Part shown: positions 41,324 to 51,971 of the stretch, one piece after another
Numbering within the stretch: position 1 is the stretch's first letter
How the letters are laid out: the number at the start of each line of letters is the position of its first letter
Source: Obrimoposthia wandeli
Lineage: Eukaryota
Direction: 5' to 3'
Assembly (NCBI GenBank): GCA_977020255.1
Contig: CDROCS010002469.1
Span: 1-64,000, forward strand
DNA: 64,000 nucleotides
Made by a program: the position numbers and the translations under genes
Notes under the pieces: model-generated
The model's database searches: none
Seen by the model: the letters and a program-made list of their open reading frames with translations, nothing else
Told to the model about the DNA's origin: nothing

Positions 41324-42412
41324 CTACAGTTTAGATCTTAGGCGGCGAATTTCTTCATCTTGAGAAATACTACGCTTTTCTAAATTGGCAACTTTCAATT
41401 GCGCACGTTGCAACTCCTCCTGAGCGGAACGCAATTCATTGCGTAATAAATTCTCACGACGTCCCCATTCAGTTGCCGTATTAAGTGCTTTCTGGTTGAG
41501 CCGTTTGATTTCACCGTCTTGTTCTTTACGCTTTTGTTCCAACCTTTTACTTTTGTTATGTTCTGCAAGAAGTGCAGAGGTACTACCCGCTAAGTCTCTG
41601 GATTGAGTTAAGTTAGTTTGCTTTATAACTTTAATTTCTTCTTCTTGGGAGCGTATCTGTGTGTACTGGGTATCTATACGCACTTCATGGCGAGCAATTT
41701 CTGATTGTAAATCATGATTTTTCTTAGTTAGATTAGTTTCTTTATTACCCGCATCATCCCTTAGCTTTTCTGAAGCTGTGCGATAGTACCTTGCATCTGC
41801 TTCAGATTTACTAATTTGATCCAAAGCGTGACGCTGATCTTCCTTAATTCGCTGTTCAAAAGTGCGTTTGGCATCTTCATGTGCTTTGCGTAAATGCACT
41901 AAGTCATTTTCTAACTTCGCTCTTAAATGCTCTTCTTTTTTACGGCCCGTTGCTTCTGAACCCATTGCTGTTTTTACAACACTTAGCTCAGCTTCTAAAG
42001 AACGGTTGTGAACTTGAAAGTCTTCCACTTTTGATGCCAGCTTTCGTACTTCAATCTCTAACTGTGACCGGCGGTTATGACTTTCCTTTAAGGTATCATC
42101 GGATAATTTTTTAACTTCCTCATTGGCATGACTTAAAGTCCGTGAGTCTGCACGCAAACGCGTTTCAGCTTCTTCTATTGCTTGCTGCCATATCCTGCCA
42201 AAAGCCGCCCCTAATGATTCGGGCAATCCTGGCACAGAGACTGTATTATCTTTAAAACTGAGTTTGTCAGGTACAGATTGCCACCACTTTAGCAGCTCTT
42301 TTTCCACAATATTTTGATCAAGGCCTGTTGATGCCATTATATTGTTTGTTGTTGGCTGCTCCCCACGCATTAATAAGCTTTCAGCGCTGGTAAAAACGAG
42401 CTCTTTTTCCAT
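41324..42412 (-). CDS. KfrA-N-like DNA-binding protein with long coiled coil
   Basis: N-terminal VFTSAESLLMRGEQPT...LLKWWQ...WQQA pattern followed by ~250 aa charged heptads; start uncertain (42412 or 42433). Confidence 0.65.
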   Translation of the reverse strand: MEKELVFTSAESLLMRGEQPTTNNIMASTGLDQNIVEKELLKWWQSVPDKLSFKDNTVSVPGLPESLGAAFGRIWQQAIEEAETRLRADSRTLSHANEEVKKLSDDTLKESHNRRSQLEIEVRKLASKVEDFQVHNRSLEAELSVVKTAMGSEATGRKKEEHLRAKLENDLVHLRKAHEDAKRTFEQRIKEDQRHALDQISKSEADARYYRTASEKLRDDAGNKETNLTKKNHDLQSEIARHEVRIDTQYTQIRSQEEEIKVIKQTNLTQSRDLAGSTSALLAEHNKSKRLEQKRKEQDGEIKRLNQKALNTATEWGRRENLLRNELRSAQEELQRAQLKVANLEKRSISQDEEIRRLRSKL

Positions 42413-42416
42413 TGAA

Positions 42417-43520
42417 TTACGACCCTTGCTCATATTGATTATGCTCGATAGCTAAACGCTCCACCGCCGCAGTTAAGTTTTTCTCAAGCGGTGCTTTAAA
42501 ATGTAGCTTTTCACCATCTGCCAATGTGACTGTTAAGGCAGCAGCATGCAAAAACAATCTTTTTACACCTTGCGGGCGCATTTGACTATTAATTGATTCA
42601 ACGCCATATTTTTCATCACCTATTATAGGGTGCCCCGCAAACTGTGCGTGAACTCTTATTTGATGAGTACGCCCTGTTACTGGCTTTGCTTCTACTAAAG
42701 TTGCTACATTGGCAAAACGCCTGAGGACTTTAAATAGAGTAATGGAAGCTTTTCCATCTTCTTGTACTTTCACAACACGCTCACCAGAGCTTAGTTCATT
42801 TTTCCGAAGTGGAGCCTCCACTTTTTGAACCGTTGAATCCCAACGACCCACAACTAATGCATGATAAACCTTAGAAATGCCTTGGCCCTGGCGCAACGCT
42901 TCATGTAAGTGTCTTAACATGCTGCGTTTTTTTGCCACCATAATACAACCGGAGGTATCTCTATCAAGACGATGCACTAACTCCAAAAACGTAAGAGTAG
43001 GACGCATTTGACGTAATGCTTCTATCAAACCTAGTTGAATTCCACTACCGCCGTGTACCGCCAAACCTGAAGGTTTATTAATAACTAATAATGCCTCTGA
43101 TTCATATATAATAGCTGCTTCCAGCTTTTCTAGTAATTCTCTAGAAACCTTAACAGGTTCTCCTTCTTGTGCTGTCCTTACAGGCGGCACACGAACAATA
43201 TCATCACATTTTAATTTGGTATCGGGTTTAACACGACCTTTGTTAACTCTGACCTCCCCCTTGCGGACGATGCGATAAATCATCGACTTAGGTACGCCTT
43301 TCAAAGCGGTACGTAAGAAATTATCAATTCTTTGACCTTCTTGGTCTTCAGTAATTGTGAGTAAGCGTACTTTGCTATTCACCTGATTATCAACAGCTAC
43401 TTGCGTCTCTGTCGGTGGTGTGACTGGCACTGTTACACTTGGCTTGTGTTGCTTTTTAGTGGCGGGACCGGCGTGCATACGCTCGGCTCTCTGCTTCGAC
43501 AATCTTTTTTTGCTTGACAT
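42417..43520 (-). CDS. rluC: 23S rRNA pseudouridine synthase C
   Basis: GQRIDNFL S4 domain, KPSGLAVHGGSG, HRLDRDTSG, TGRTHQIRVH; divergent from rne. Confidence 0.93.
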   Translation of the reverse strand: MSSKKRLSKQRAERMHAGPATKKQHKPSVTVPVTPPTETQVAVDNQVNSKVRLLTITEDQEGQRIDNFLRTALKGVPKSMIYRIVRKGEVRVNKGRVKPDTKLKCDDIVRVPPVRTAQEGEPVKVSRELLEKLEAAIIYESEALLVINKPSGLAVHGGSGIQLGLIEALRQMRPTLTFLELVHRLDRDTSGCIMVAKKRSMLRHLHEALRQGQGISKVYHALVVGRWDSTVQKVEAPLRKNELSSGERVVKVQEDGKASITLFKVLRRFANVATLVEAKPVTGRTHQIRVHAQFAGHPIIGDEKYGVESINSQMRPQGVKRLFLHAAALTVTLADGEKLHFKAPLEKNLTAAVERLAIEHNQYEQGS

Positions 43521-44604
43521 ATTTTTAAAAAACTTCAGTCCTTAATTGATGCTACTATCGTAAACTGGTATTCTACCGCTGCTTGGCAGGTAATGCTTTA
43601 GCTAAATGCGATAAATACATCTTATAGAGACTTTTTCTATTTTTTAATACATATATTTCATTTTGTGCTACAGCCAATTTTATTCACTCGCTGGCATTAT
43701 TACCAAGCAGGTTTTTTGAAACAATTTAAGTAGATGACAATATCATTTTACATTCATTGTTAGGTGTATCATTCTTTGTTAGTAACGTTATTTATTGGTC
43801 GTGTTAATACTTTGTTTAGCGACAGAGCGCACAAATTATAACGCAGCATTGATTTTACCTGTATAAGAACCATAAATGTAAGTTGAAAGGCGTTCGCAAA
43901 AAAAACGATTGATAATAAAACATGAAAAATGGGTGCAAGTAGCGCAATTTATAGTTATAAATACGCGCATAAAGCCAATTTTGATACTGCATTGTCGAAC
44001 AGCATTAACGATTACCTTTAAATCAAGCTTTGCTGAGTAAACTCAACAAAGTAAATAATAAATTATCATGCATTATACTACGACCCTAAGCGAATAATTT
44101 AGACGCCTCATTGGCGCTAAAATTAATAGTAAAAAGGTCGGAAAAGAATGCTTTAAATTTGAGCATAGAACAAAGTAAAACAAGTTTTTCTATTACAGTA
44201 GAGATGCGCTTTAGCCCGGAACCTGGTGCGAGTAATTCACGCCAGAAACAGCGAATATCAACAACAATATAGGCAATTGATTCCCCTACTGTAAATGTAA
44301 TTATTCATCAGCGACTTACACTATTATAAGTTGAGAGCTCATCACTGTTTGCATTCAGCAAGTTATAACTTACTGTGCAGCTCAAGTGACACCTCCTTTA
44401 ATAGTGCTATTATAAGCTATTGATTTAAAATACAATTTTTGAATATCACTTGGATAAACTTTGTTTTATGCTCCCATGAGCCTTAATAATTGATGGCGAA
44501 GAATGAATGTTACAGCACTAAGTACAGCCAATGCTGCACTTGCTTGCTCGATACCATTTGTGATTTTAAACTTTGTTAAGTGCTCCACTATTTGAGAGTA
44601 CAAA

Positions 44605-47600
44605 ATGAAAAGAATGCTAATTAACGCAACTCAACCAGAAGAGTTACGTGTCGCCCTTGTTGACGGACAAAAATTATACGATCTAGATATTGAATCTAGC
44701 AATCGTGAACAGAAAAAATCAAACATTTATAAAGGTAAAATAACCAGAGTAGAGCCAAGCCTAGAAGCGGCTTTTGTTGATTATGGCGCAGATCGCCATG
44801 GCTTTTTACCTTTAAAAGAAATATCTCGTGAATATTTTATAAAATCACCAGCTCGTGGCGGTCGCCCAAGCATTAAAGATGTTATAAAAGAAGGTACTGA
44901 AGTCGTTGTACAAGTAGATAAAGAAGAACGTGGTAATAAAGGCGCAGCCTTAACAACATTTATCTCTCTTGCTGGACGCTATTTAGTTTTAATGCCAAAC
45001 AACCCAAGAGCTGGTGGTATTTCAAGACGTATTGAAGGCGAAGATCGTACTAACCTAAAAGCAGCGTTAGATGGCGTTACTATCCCTGATCGCATGGGCA
45101 TTATTGTGCGTACTGCAGGTGTTGGTCGCTCTTCTCAAGACTTACAATGGGATTTAGATTACTTAAGTACTCTTTGGGATGCTATTCAGCAAAGCAGCAA
45201 AAAGCCTGCTCCATTTTTAATTTACCAAGAAAGCAATGTCATCATTCGTGCCATTCGTGATTATTTACGTGCGGATATCGGTGAAGTGTTAATCGATACT
45301 GATCGCGCTTTTTCAGAAGCACTTAACTTTGTTCAACAAGTAATGCCAACTTATGAAAATAAGCTAAAGCGCTACCAAGAAGATGTTCCTTTATTCAATC
45401 GCTTTCAAATTGAAGCACAAATTGAAACAGCATTTGAGCGCGAAGTTAAACTCCCTTCAGGCGGATCTATTGTTATTGATCCAACTGAAGCACTCGTTTC
45501 TATTGACATTAACTCTGCTAAAGCTACTCGCGGTGGCGATATTGAAGAGACTGCTTTCAACACCAACTTAGAAGCTGCTGAAGAGATCTCACGTCAACTA
45601 CGTCTTAGAGATATCGGTGGTTTAGTTGTTATTGACTTCATCGATATGACACCTATTAAGCATCAAAGAGCGGTTGAAGATCGCCTAAAAGATTCTTTAA
45701 AATTAGATCGTGCAAGAGTACAAATGGGTCGCATTTCTCGCTTTGGTTTACTAGAGATGTCACGCCAAAGACTGCGCCCTTCACTAACTGAATCTAGAGG
45801 CATCGTATGCCCACGTTGTAGCGGCCAGGGATCTATTCGCGATACAGAATCAATTGCGCTATCTATTATGCGTTTAATTGAAGAAGAATCAGCTAAAGAT
45901 CGTACATCACAGATCAGAGCTATTTTGCCGGTACAAGTTGCAACATACTTGCTTAACGAAAAGCGCCGTATAGTGCATGACATTGAAGTTCGCCAAAAAG
46001 TGCGAGTCGTTATCGTACCTAATCCAAATATGGAAACCCCACACTACGAAGTAGTGCGCCTGCGTGACGATAACTCTGTAGCAACCACTAATGATACAAG
46101 TTATAGCTTGCAACCTGAACCTGAACCTATTGAGCACTTCACTCAAAGTGAATCAGAGCAAATGGTTAACCGTGAAACGGCCGCTGTGCAAACGGTAACA
46201 CCTAAAACGCCTGCGCCTGCAACTGCAGCTACCGCTCCAGCAGCAGAAAAAACAGTGGCACCTGCAGCAGAAGCTAAAAAAGCGCCAACTAAACAACCAA
46301 GTATAGCTAAAAAAGGTTTTATGTTTAAACTGCTTACTTTACTAGGCCTTGGTAGCTTATTTGAAGAAGAGGCAAATCCAAAGCGCAGCAGATCTGATAA
46401 CAATCGCCCGCAAAACGCTAATCGTAAACGCCGTGAAAGCAGTGCGAGCTCTAAACCTAAGAACACTAAAAACCCACGTCGCAATCGCTCAGAAAACGAT
46501 GAAGATAAAAGACGCAATGGCAGACAAGATGACATCATTACTGTTAACTCTGAGGAAACATCAATAATTCCTGAAGCCGTCAGCAATGAAGAAAGCAAGC
46601 CTAGTCGTCGTCGCAATCGCAAAAGCAGCGACAACCGTAAGAATAAAGTTGAAAAAGCTGTCACCACTGAAACTGATGATACCCAATACACAGCTGCTCC
46701 AGCAGGTCGTGGTAAGCGTCGTCGTAATTCAACTCGCAAAGCAAATCGCAATTTAGTAGAAAATTCAGATGCACTCTCTCCTAATCCTGACTCAGCAAGC
46801 AAACCAGAGCCAGCTGCGAAAGCTAAAACGCATACTGATAACAAAGCTACTGTTGAAATAAGTCCTGTTGGGGAAGAGAATAGCGAGCAATTCGCTAAAG
46901 CTTCTGCAGAACTCGCTGCAGCAATAGCTAATAGTAACCTTGCTAAAGATACACCTGTAAATACAGCGGCAGCTGAAGCAATAGCAGAGCCTGCTGATGG
47001 CAACGTGCAAACTGAAGCGTCTTTTGAATCTAATGCAGTTGAATCTAATGCAGTTGAATCAATTGTTGTTGAAACAAACGCAGTTGAAACAAACGCAGTT
47101 GAAACTGAAACTACGCCAGTAGAAGTGGAAGTGGAAGTGGAAGTAGAAGCACCAGCGCCTATTGCTGCTGATACAAATGCTGCAGAAATTACACTTGAGA
47201 CAGCAGTAGAAGCAGTAGAAGCAGTAGAAGCTTCGCAGCCAACGCAAGAAGACAACACAGCACCAGAAGTAGTTCAACTTGAAGAAGAGAAAAACGCTAC
47301 TGAAGCAGTAATTATGCAGCCAGAACCGGAACAGCTGACTGTTGAAGCTAGCATTATTGAAGCAGATGCTGCTGAAGCTCAAGCAGATGAAAGCACTGAA
47401 ACAATCGTGCCTGAAGCAATCGTTGCTGAAACTCCGGTGGCACAAACTACTCAAGTAAGCCCTACTGTTGAATCTCAACCGGAGCTTGACTTTGAAACTG
47501 CTACTGAAGCAGAGCCTGTTGCTGTCGTTAATCAAGAAAAACCTCAAGAACCTGCTCGTCGTACACGCACTAGAGCAGCAAACGACCCTAGAGAAATAAA

Positions 47601-47628
47601 GCGTCGTCAACAGCAAGCTGACAAGTAA
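44605..47628 (+). CDS. rne: Ribonuclease E
   Basis: [40 protein letters not shown] zinc link, amphipathic [12 protein letters not shown] segment, C-terminal RAANDPRE. Confidence 0.97.
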   Translation: MKRMLINATQPEELRVALVDGQKLYDLDIESSNREQKKSNIYKGKITRVEPSLEAAFVDYGADRHGFLPLKEISREYFIKSPARGGRPSIKDVIKEGTEVVVQVDKEERGNKGAALTTFISLAGRYLVLMPNNPRAGGISRRIEGEDRTNLKAALDGVTIPDRMGIIVRTAGVGRSSQDLQWDLDYLSTLWDAIQQSSKKPAPFLIYQESNVIIRAIRDYLRADIGEVLIDTDRAFSEALNFVQQVMPTYENKLKRYQEDVPLFNRFQIEAQIETAFEREVKLPSGGSIVIDPTEALVSIDINSAKATRGGDIEETAFNTNLEAAEEISRQLRLRDIGGLVVIDFIDMTPIKHQRAVEDRLKDSLKLDRARVQMGRISRFGLLEMSRQRLRPSLTESRGIVCPRCSGQGSIRDTESIALSIMRLIEEESAKDRTSQIRAILPVQVATYLLNEKRRIVHDIEVRQKVRVVIVPNPNMETPHYEVVRLRDDNSVATTNDTSYSLQPEPEPIEHFTQSESEQMVNRETAAVQTVTPKTPAPATAATAPAAEKTVAPAAEAKKAPTKQPSIAKKGFMFKLLTLLGLGSLFEEEANPKRSRSDNNRPQNANRKRRESSASSKPKNTKNPRRNRSENDEDKRRNGRQDDIITVNSEETSIIPEAVSNEESKPSRRRNRKSSDNRKNKVEKAVTTETDDTQYTAAPAGRGKRRRNSTRKANRNLVENSDALSPNPDSASKPEPAAKAKTHTDNKATVEISPVGEENSEQFAKASAELAAAIANSNLAKDTPVNTAAAEAIAEPADGNVQTEASFESNAVESNAVESIVVETNAVETNAVETETTPVEVEVEVEVEAPAPIAADTNAAEITLETAVEAVEAVEASQPTQEDNTAPEVVQLEEEKNATEAVIMQPEPEQLTVEASIIEADAAEAQADESTETIVPEAIVAETPVAQTTQVSPTVESQPELDFETATEAEPVAVVNQEKPQEPARRTRTRAANDPREIKRRQQQADK
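47026..47229 (+). repeat. In-frame tandem repeats in the RNase E disordered tail
   Basis: Five 15-nt units 47026-47100 ([25 protein letters not shown]), (GAAGTG)n near 47122-47145, (GCAGTAGAA)x3 at 47203-47229. Confidence 0.85.
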
Positions 47629-47641
47629 TTTTCAGACTCTA

Positions 47642-47680
47642 AGTTAGTCTATCTACTGGCAAAGTAGGTAGACTAGCTTT
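47642..47680 (+). terminator. rne terminator
   Basis: TAGTCTATCTACT-GGCAA-AGTAGGTAGACTA followed by CTTT. Confidence 0.65.
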
Positions 47681-47950
47681 CCTTCAAGCTGGTTTACCTG
47701 CTTGCACTAATCGTCCATACCATTACCACCTTCTTACTACTCCCCTATAATATTACATTGCTGCGAAAATATTTTAATTTCTTTTATTTCGTTAACTCAC
47801 AGGCGCGTTGCGTCCACACACCTCATGTTACTCATAAATCCCTAGCGACATGCTATTTAAATTAACTTATACCAAATAGATGTGCAGCCATTTTTTTTAC
47901 GTTAAAATAGCGCCATACCCTTTCATACTCAATTTGACTAAATAGCATAT

Positions 47951-48673
47951 ATGCAATTAAATAATATACGTTTTGTACTCATAAACACTTTTCATCCAGG
48001 TAATATTGGTGCTGCAGCTAGAGCTTTAAAGAACATGGGCCTATCAAACTTATATCTAGTTGACCCTGTTGACTATCCCAGTACTGAAGCCACTGCACGC
48101 GCTGCAGGTGCACAAGATGTACTGGATAATGCCATCGTTGTAAGCACACTTGATGAAGCGATTAATGACTGCCAATTAGTAATAGGAACTAGCGCTAGAA
48201 ACAGAACCTTTGATTTGCCCTTATTAGATGTCAAAGAAAGCGCGGGGAAAATTACTCAGGAAGCAAATAATGGAAATATTGCCATTTTATTTGGCCGCGA
48301 AAGTAAGGGACTATTAAATGAAGAGCTAAGTCTATGTAACTTCCACTTATTTATCCCAACCAATCCTGAGTACCCTGTGCTTAACATCTCACAGGCAATT
48401 CAAATCGTTTGCTATGAGATTTGGCTTAACTCCCAGCAAGCCCAGTCAACTATTGCCACACAATACCCATTACATAAAGACATGCATTATTTCTACCAAC
48501 ACTTAGAACAGGTATTACGTAAAGCGCATTTTTTAATACCACAACACGAAGGGAGAGCAATGCAAAAACTGCAAAGGTTCTTTAATCGCGCCCGCCCTGA
48601 GAAAGAAGAGCTAGGTATGCTGCGTGGTGTGCTTGGATCTATTGAAAAACGCATTGACGATTTAGACAAATAA
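47951..48673 (+). CDS. trmJ: tRNA (C32/U32) 2'-O-methyltransferase, SPOUT family
   Basis: HPGNIGAAARALKNMGL, GTSAR, LFGRESKGLLNEEL, LNISQA. Confidence 0.88.
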   Translation: MQLNNIRFVLINTFHPGNIGAAARALKNMGLSNLYLVDPVDYPSTEATARAAGAQDVLDNAIVVSTLDEAINDCQLVIGTSARNRTFDLPLLDVKESAGKITQEANNGNIAILFGRESKGLLNEELSLCNFHLFIPTNPEYPVLNISQAIQIVCYEIWLNSQQAQSTIATQYPLHKDMHYFYQHLEQVLRKAHFLIPQHEGRAMQKLQRFFNRARPEKEELGMLRGVLGSIEKRIDDLDK

Positions 48674-48702
48674 TTATCCATTGAAAAGAAGATATTAATA
48701 TT

Positions 48703-49866
48703 ATGAAACAACTCCCATTAGGCGACATTTCTCTGGAACATTTTTTAGAGCATTACTGGCAAAAGAAACCGCTGGTCATTCGCAATGCAATTAAAAACTT
48801 CACCCCCATTATTGATAATGATGAATTAGCAGGCTTAGCTTGCGAAGAAGAAGTTGAGTCTCGATTAATTATACAAGGCAATGAAACTACGCAGTGGTCA
48901 ATGAAGCACGGCCCACTCGCTGAAGATGATTTTGCTGCACTGCCTAAAAGCCACTGGAGCTTATTAGTACAAGCTGTTGATCACTGGCATCCGGCCGCGC
49001 ATGACTTTTTGAAAATGTTTGATTTCATTCCCCAGTGGCGCATAGATGATTTAATGATTTCTTACGCAAGCCAAGGTGGTGGAGTAGGCCCTCATTACGA
49101 TAACTATGATGTATTCTTAATCCAAGCTACTGGCACCAGGCAGTGGCAGTATGGCGGGCTATTTGATGAAAACTCTTCACGTTTAGATAACTCTGAACTA
49201 ATGCTACTAGCAAACTGGGAAGCAGAACACACTGTCACTTTACACCCGGGAGACATGCTTTATTTACCTCCAAAAGTAGGTCATAACGGTATTGCAACCT
49301 CTGATGATTGCACCACATATTCAGTCGGCTTCAGAGCCCCTTCTCACAGCGAAATTTTGCTTAATTTCAGTGATTTTGTTGCACATGATTTAAGCGCGGA
49401 ATTAAGATATAAAGATAAAGAGCTAACCGCACAAACCCATAGCGCAGCGATCACACCCAAATCAATTAGCCATGTTAAAGAAATTCTTCAACAATACATC
49501 GACCAACCAGGTTTAATTGAACAATGGTTTGGCTGCTACATGACAGAACACAAATATAACGAACAACAACAAGAATTATATCTAGATAATAGCGTTGAGG
49601 AAATTACTGAAGCGATGCAACAAGGCACCAGTGTTTGCAAAATTCCGGGCACACGATTGGCTATACAATTTAAAGACAGTCTGCAAAGTAGTGGTATGTT
49701 ATTTTTCATCAATGGCATGTGCTGTCAAATTACGCAAGACCAGCAAGATTTTGTAATACAACTTACCGAACAAGATGACATTGCATTAGAAGATGTACTG
49801 CCATCTAAAGAGCGTTTAAAGCTGATGGCAAACTTAATTAAAATTGGAGCCTATGAAATCACTTAA
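48703..49866 (+). CDS. roxA: JmjC/cupin ribosomal protein uL16 hydroxylase (RoxA/YcfD)
   Basis: YWQKKPLVIR, WRIDDLMISY, GGVGPHYDNYDVFLIQ, GDMLYLPP, SVGFRAP. Confidence 0.87.
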   Translation: MKQLPLGDISLEHFLEHYWQKKPLVIRNAIKNFTPIIDNDELAGLACEEEVESRLIIQGNETTQWSMKHGPLAEDDFAALPKSHWSLLVQAVDHWHPAAHDFLKMFDFIPQWRIDDLMISYASQGGGVGPHYDNYDVFLIQATGTRQWQYGGLFDENSSRLDNSELMLLANWEAEHTVTLHPGDMLYLPPKVGHNGIATSDDCTTYSVGFRAPSHSEILLNFSDFVAHDLSAELRYKDKELTAQTHSAAITPKSISHVKEILQQYIDQPGLIEQWFGCYMTEHKYNEQQQELYLDNSVEEITEAMQQGTSVCKIPGTRLAIQFKDSLQSSGMLFFINGMCCQITQDQQDFVIQLTEQDDIALEDVLPSKERLKLMANLIKIGAYEIT

Positions 49867-49982
49867 CATAAATAATTAACTTAACAAAGATTACATGGGA
49901 TTGTCTTTTCACCCTATACAGCTTCAGTAGATGATGCATGTTCGTGAAACACTATGGTAATAATATTTAAATCTTCAAGCCC

Positions 49983-50639
49983 TTACACTGCGATCCGCAG
50001 TGTAAAACCCTTTGATTCAGCGTCATCCTGATCAGAGCGGCGAATAATACTGCGAATCATTGTCACCATCGCATAAGCCGCTGCAACTGTTCCACTATTT
50101 TCATGGTAACCGCTAATATCAGCTTTATTCAAAGCATGCTCGAAAGAAACCGTACCGTATCTATTTTCTACCCCGTACGCATTAGCTGCTAGATGCATAG
50201 CGCAATTAACTGCTAAATTATCAATCCAATTGATAGGCAAATTGTATGCCTGGCAAGTCTGCTTAAGCAAGCGCATTTCAAATAGAGCGTCAAAGATAAT
50301 AATTTTACGATTTTTCACTATGGATTGTATTTTTGCTAACACTTCAGGCCACAAAGGACGCCCTTGCAACGCACTAAGATTAAGCCCGTGCAATCGATCT
50401 GCCTCTTTATCTATCGCAACACTTGGCATTAATTGCGAGTGAAATAGTACACTTTGATCAGTGTCCAATATAGCTATTTCAATCACTTGGGCGAACTGGT
50501 CCACACCTGTGGTTTTAGTGGTTAAATATACCGGCTTATCGCTTAGCCAGTGGACAGCGACACTCCCAGTTGGTTTTAAGTTAAATTTAGCATCACTACT
50601 AATAGCGCAACCTGCTTTGTTACTGTAGTTAAGTTTCAT
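49983..50639 (-). CDS. DnaQ/DEDDh exonuclease-fold protein with degenerate active site
   Basis: LTTKTTGVD (vs LDTETTGL), VIEIAILD, LHGL, FDALFE (vs YNAxFD), CAM, HENSGT (vs HRAxxD). Confidence 0.75.
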   Translation of the reverse strand: MKLNYSNKAGCAISSDAKFNLKPTGSVAVHWLSDKPVYLTTKTTGVDQFAQVIEIAILDTDQSVLFHSQLMPSVAIDKEADRLHGLNLSALQGRPLWPEVLAKIQSIVKNRKIIIFDALFEMRLLKQTCQAYNLPINWIDNLAVNCAMHLAANAYGVENRYGTVSFEHALNKADISGYHENSGTVAAAYAMVTMIRSIIRRSDQDDAESKGFTLRIAV

Positions 50640-50854
50640 ATATTACACCTTCAAGCACATAAATAATCGAAAGTTCTGCCGTTGATAATTGAGAACCATC
50701 ACTATTTATATGCTTCATAACGAGGAAGTGAGAATTTAAAATTTCACCCGATTAAGGTTGAATGTATTTCTTAATTTTATAAACACACCATAACTCATGT
50801 AAAATTTATAAACTCAATCCTGCAACTATTGATAAATAGCAGTATACTCAATTA

Positions 50855-50893
50855 TACTGATTATATATACACATACTGGTAATATAATCAGTA
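50855..50893. promoter_or_regulatory. Tandem LexA (SOS) boxes
   Basis: TACTG-GTAATATAAT-CAGTA at 50874-50893 is a perfect CTG-N10-CAG; CTG-ATTATATATA-CAC at 50857-50872 has one mismatch. Confidence 0.7.
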
Positions 50894-51286
50894 TTAAAAA
50901 GCCCTAATACAGCAGTTGATTTTATTACACACGTCAATATTAGCTTTTATATAGCGCTTTTTAGGCTGCATATTTAACACCACTACCAATAGTGAGCGAA
51001 AACCAAGCTACTAAAATTTTATAATAAAAAATTTAAATGAACTTAAACGATCTAATACTGCTCTATTAATATGCAGTGCTAATCAAATATTGTGGGCGTC
51101 AATCCTTAACAACCTTATTAAGTACCAAGGTTTTAAGGTAATTTTTGCTAAAGATTGGATTTGCTCCCCTCAACTCCAACCTTAATTTAAACAGTGATGA
51201 CTTATGTAATATGGCAGGTTACGATTTTTGCCATATTAGTTATGCGTAGCATTGTTAATATAAATCATGATTATGAGGGACCAATA

Positions 51287-51814
51287 ATGAAAACCACAAC
51301 TAAAGTATATCTAAGCTTATTTTCGCTTATTACTATCGGAATAGCAGGCTGCGCAAGCTCTCCATCATATGATGGCAATACGGACAAACGTTGGGCTGAT
51401 TTTAAGAAATGGACAAAAATCACTCAAGGCAGAACAGGAACGGGAGACCCTACTGGTTTAGTTGCCGCTGTTCATAAAGGAACAAATGGTTATCGTGATG
51501 TGTATGTTAACAATATCGCGCTAAAAACGAGCCAAGGAAGCGCACCTTATAGCTACCCTGTAGGATCTGTTATTGTTAAAGAACAATTTGATGATTTAGC
51601 TGCTTTTAACTCCCAACAACCCACCGATTTAACGATTATGGTTAAACTTACTGACAACGGTTCCAACGATGCCAAAAATTGGGGCTGGGCTGATGCTTAT
51701 AACGCCGAACTAAAACCTGAAAATGCTTTTTGTAGTAGCTGTCACACCGTGGTATTAAAGGATGATTTTGTTTTCACCAATGAGGACTTCTTGCAAAAAC
51801 ATAAATCTAATTAG
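51287..51814 (+). CDS. Cytochrome P460-family lipoprotein
   Basis: Lipobox IAGC; YPVGSVIVKE (cross-link Lys position), IMVK, WGW, single C-terminal CSSCH. Confidence 0.78.
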   Translation: MKTTTKVYLSLFSLITIGIAGCASSPSYDGNTDKRWADFKKWTKITQGRTGTGDPTGLVAAVHKGTNGYRDVYVNNIALKTSQGSAPYSYPVGSVIVKEQFDDLAAFNSQQPTDLTIMVKLTDNGSNDAKNWGWADAYNAELKPENAFCSSCHTVVLKDDFVFTNEDFLQKHKSN

Positions 51815-51835
51815 TCAATCGTACACACCTGCCAA

Positions 51836-51865
51836 AATAAAAGCTGACATTGATCGGCTTTTATT
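51836..51865. terminator. Bidirectional-type hairpin after the P460 gene
   Basis: AATAAAAGCTGA...TCGGCTTTTATT. Confidence 0.6.
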
Positions 51866-51971
51866 TTACTCGCTTCTCCTTATATAATATCTACATACAT
51901 GAAGTTTCTCGTAGCTATCTCATATAAAAAAATCCCCGACAAAAGCGAGGATTTTTTCATTCATTTACTTA

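Noticed and set aside
46143-47616. Long antisense ORFs (371 aa and 185 aa) opposite rne
   Set aside because: Shadow frames of the low-complexity RNase E tail; no independent motifs.
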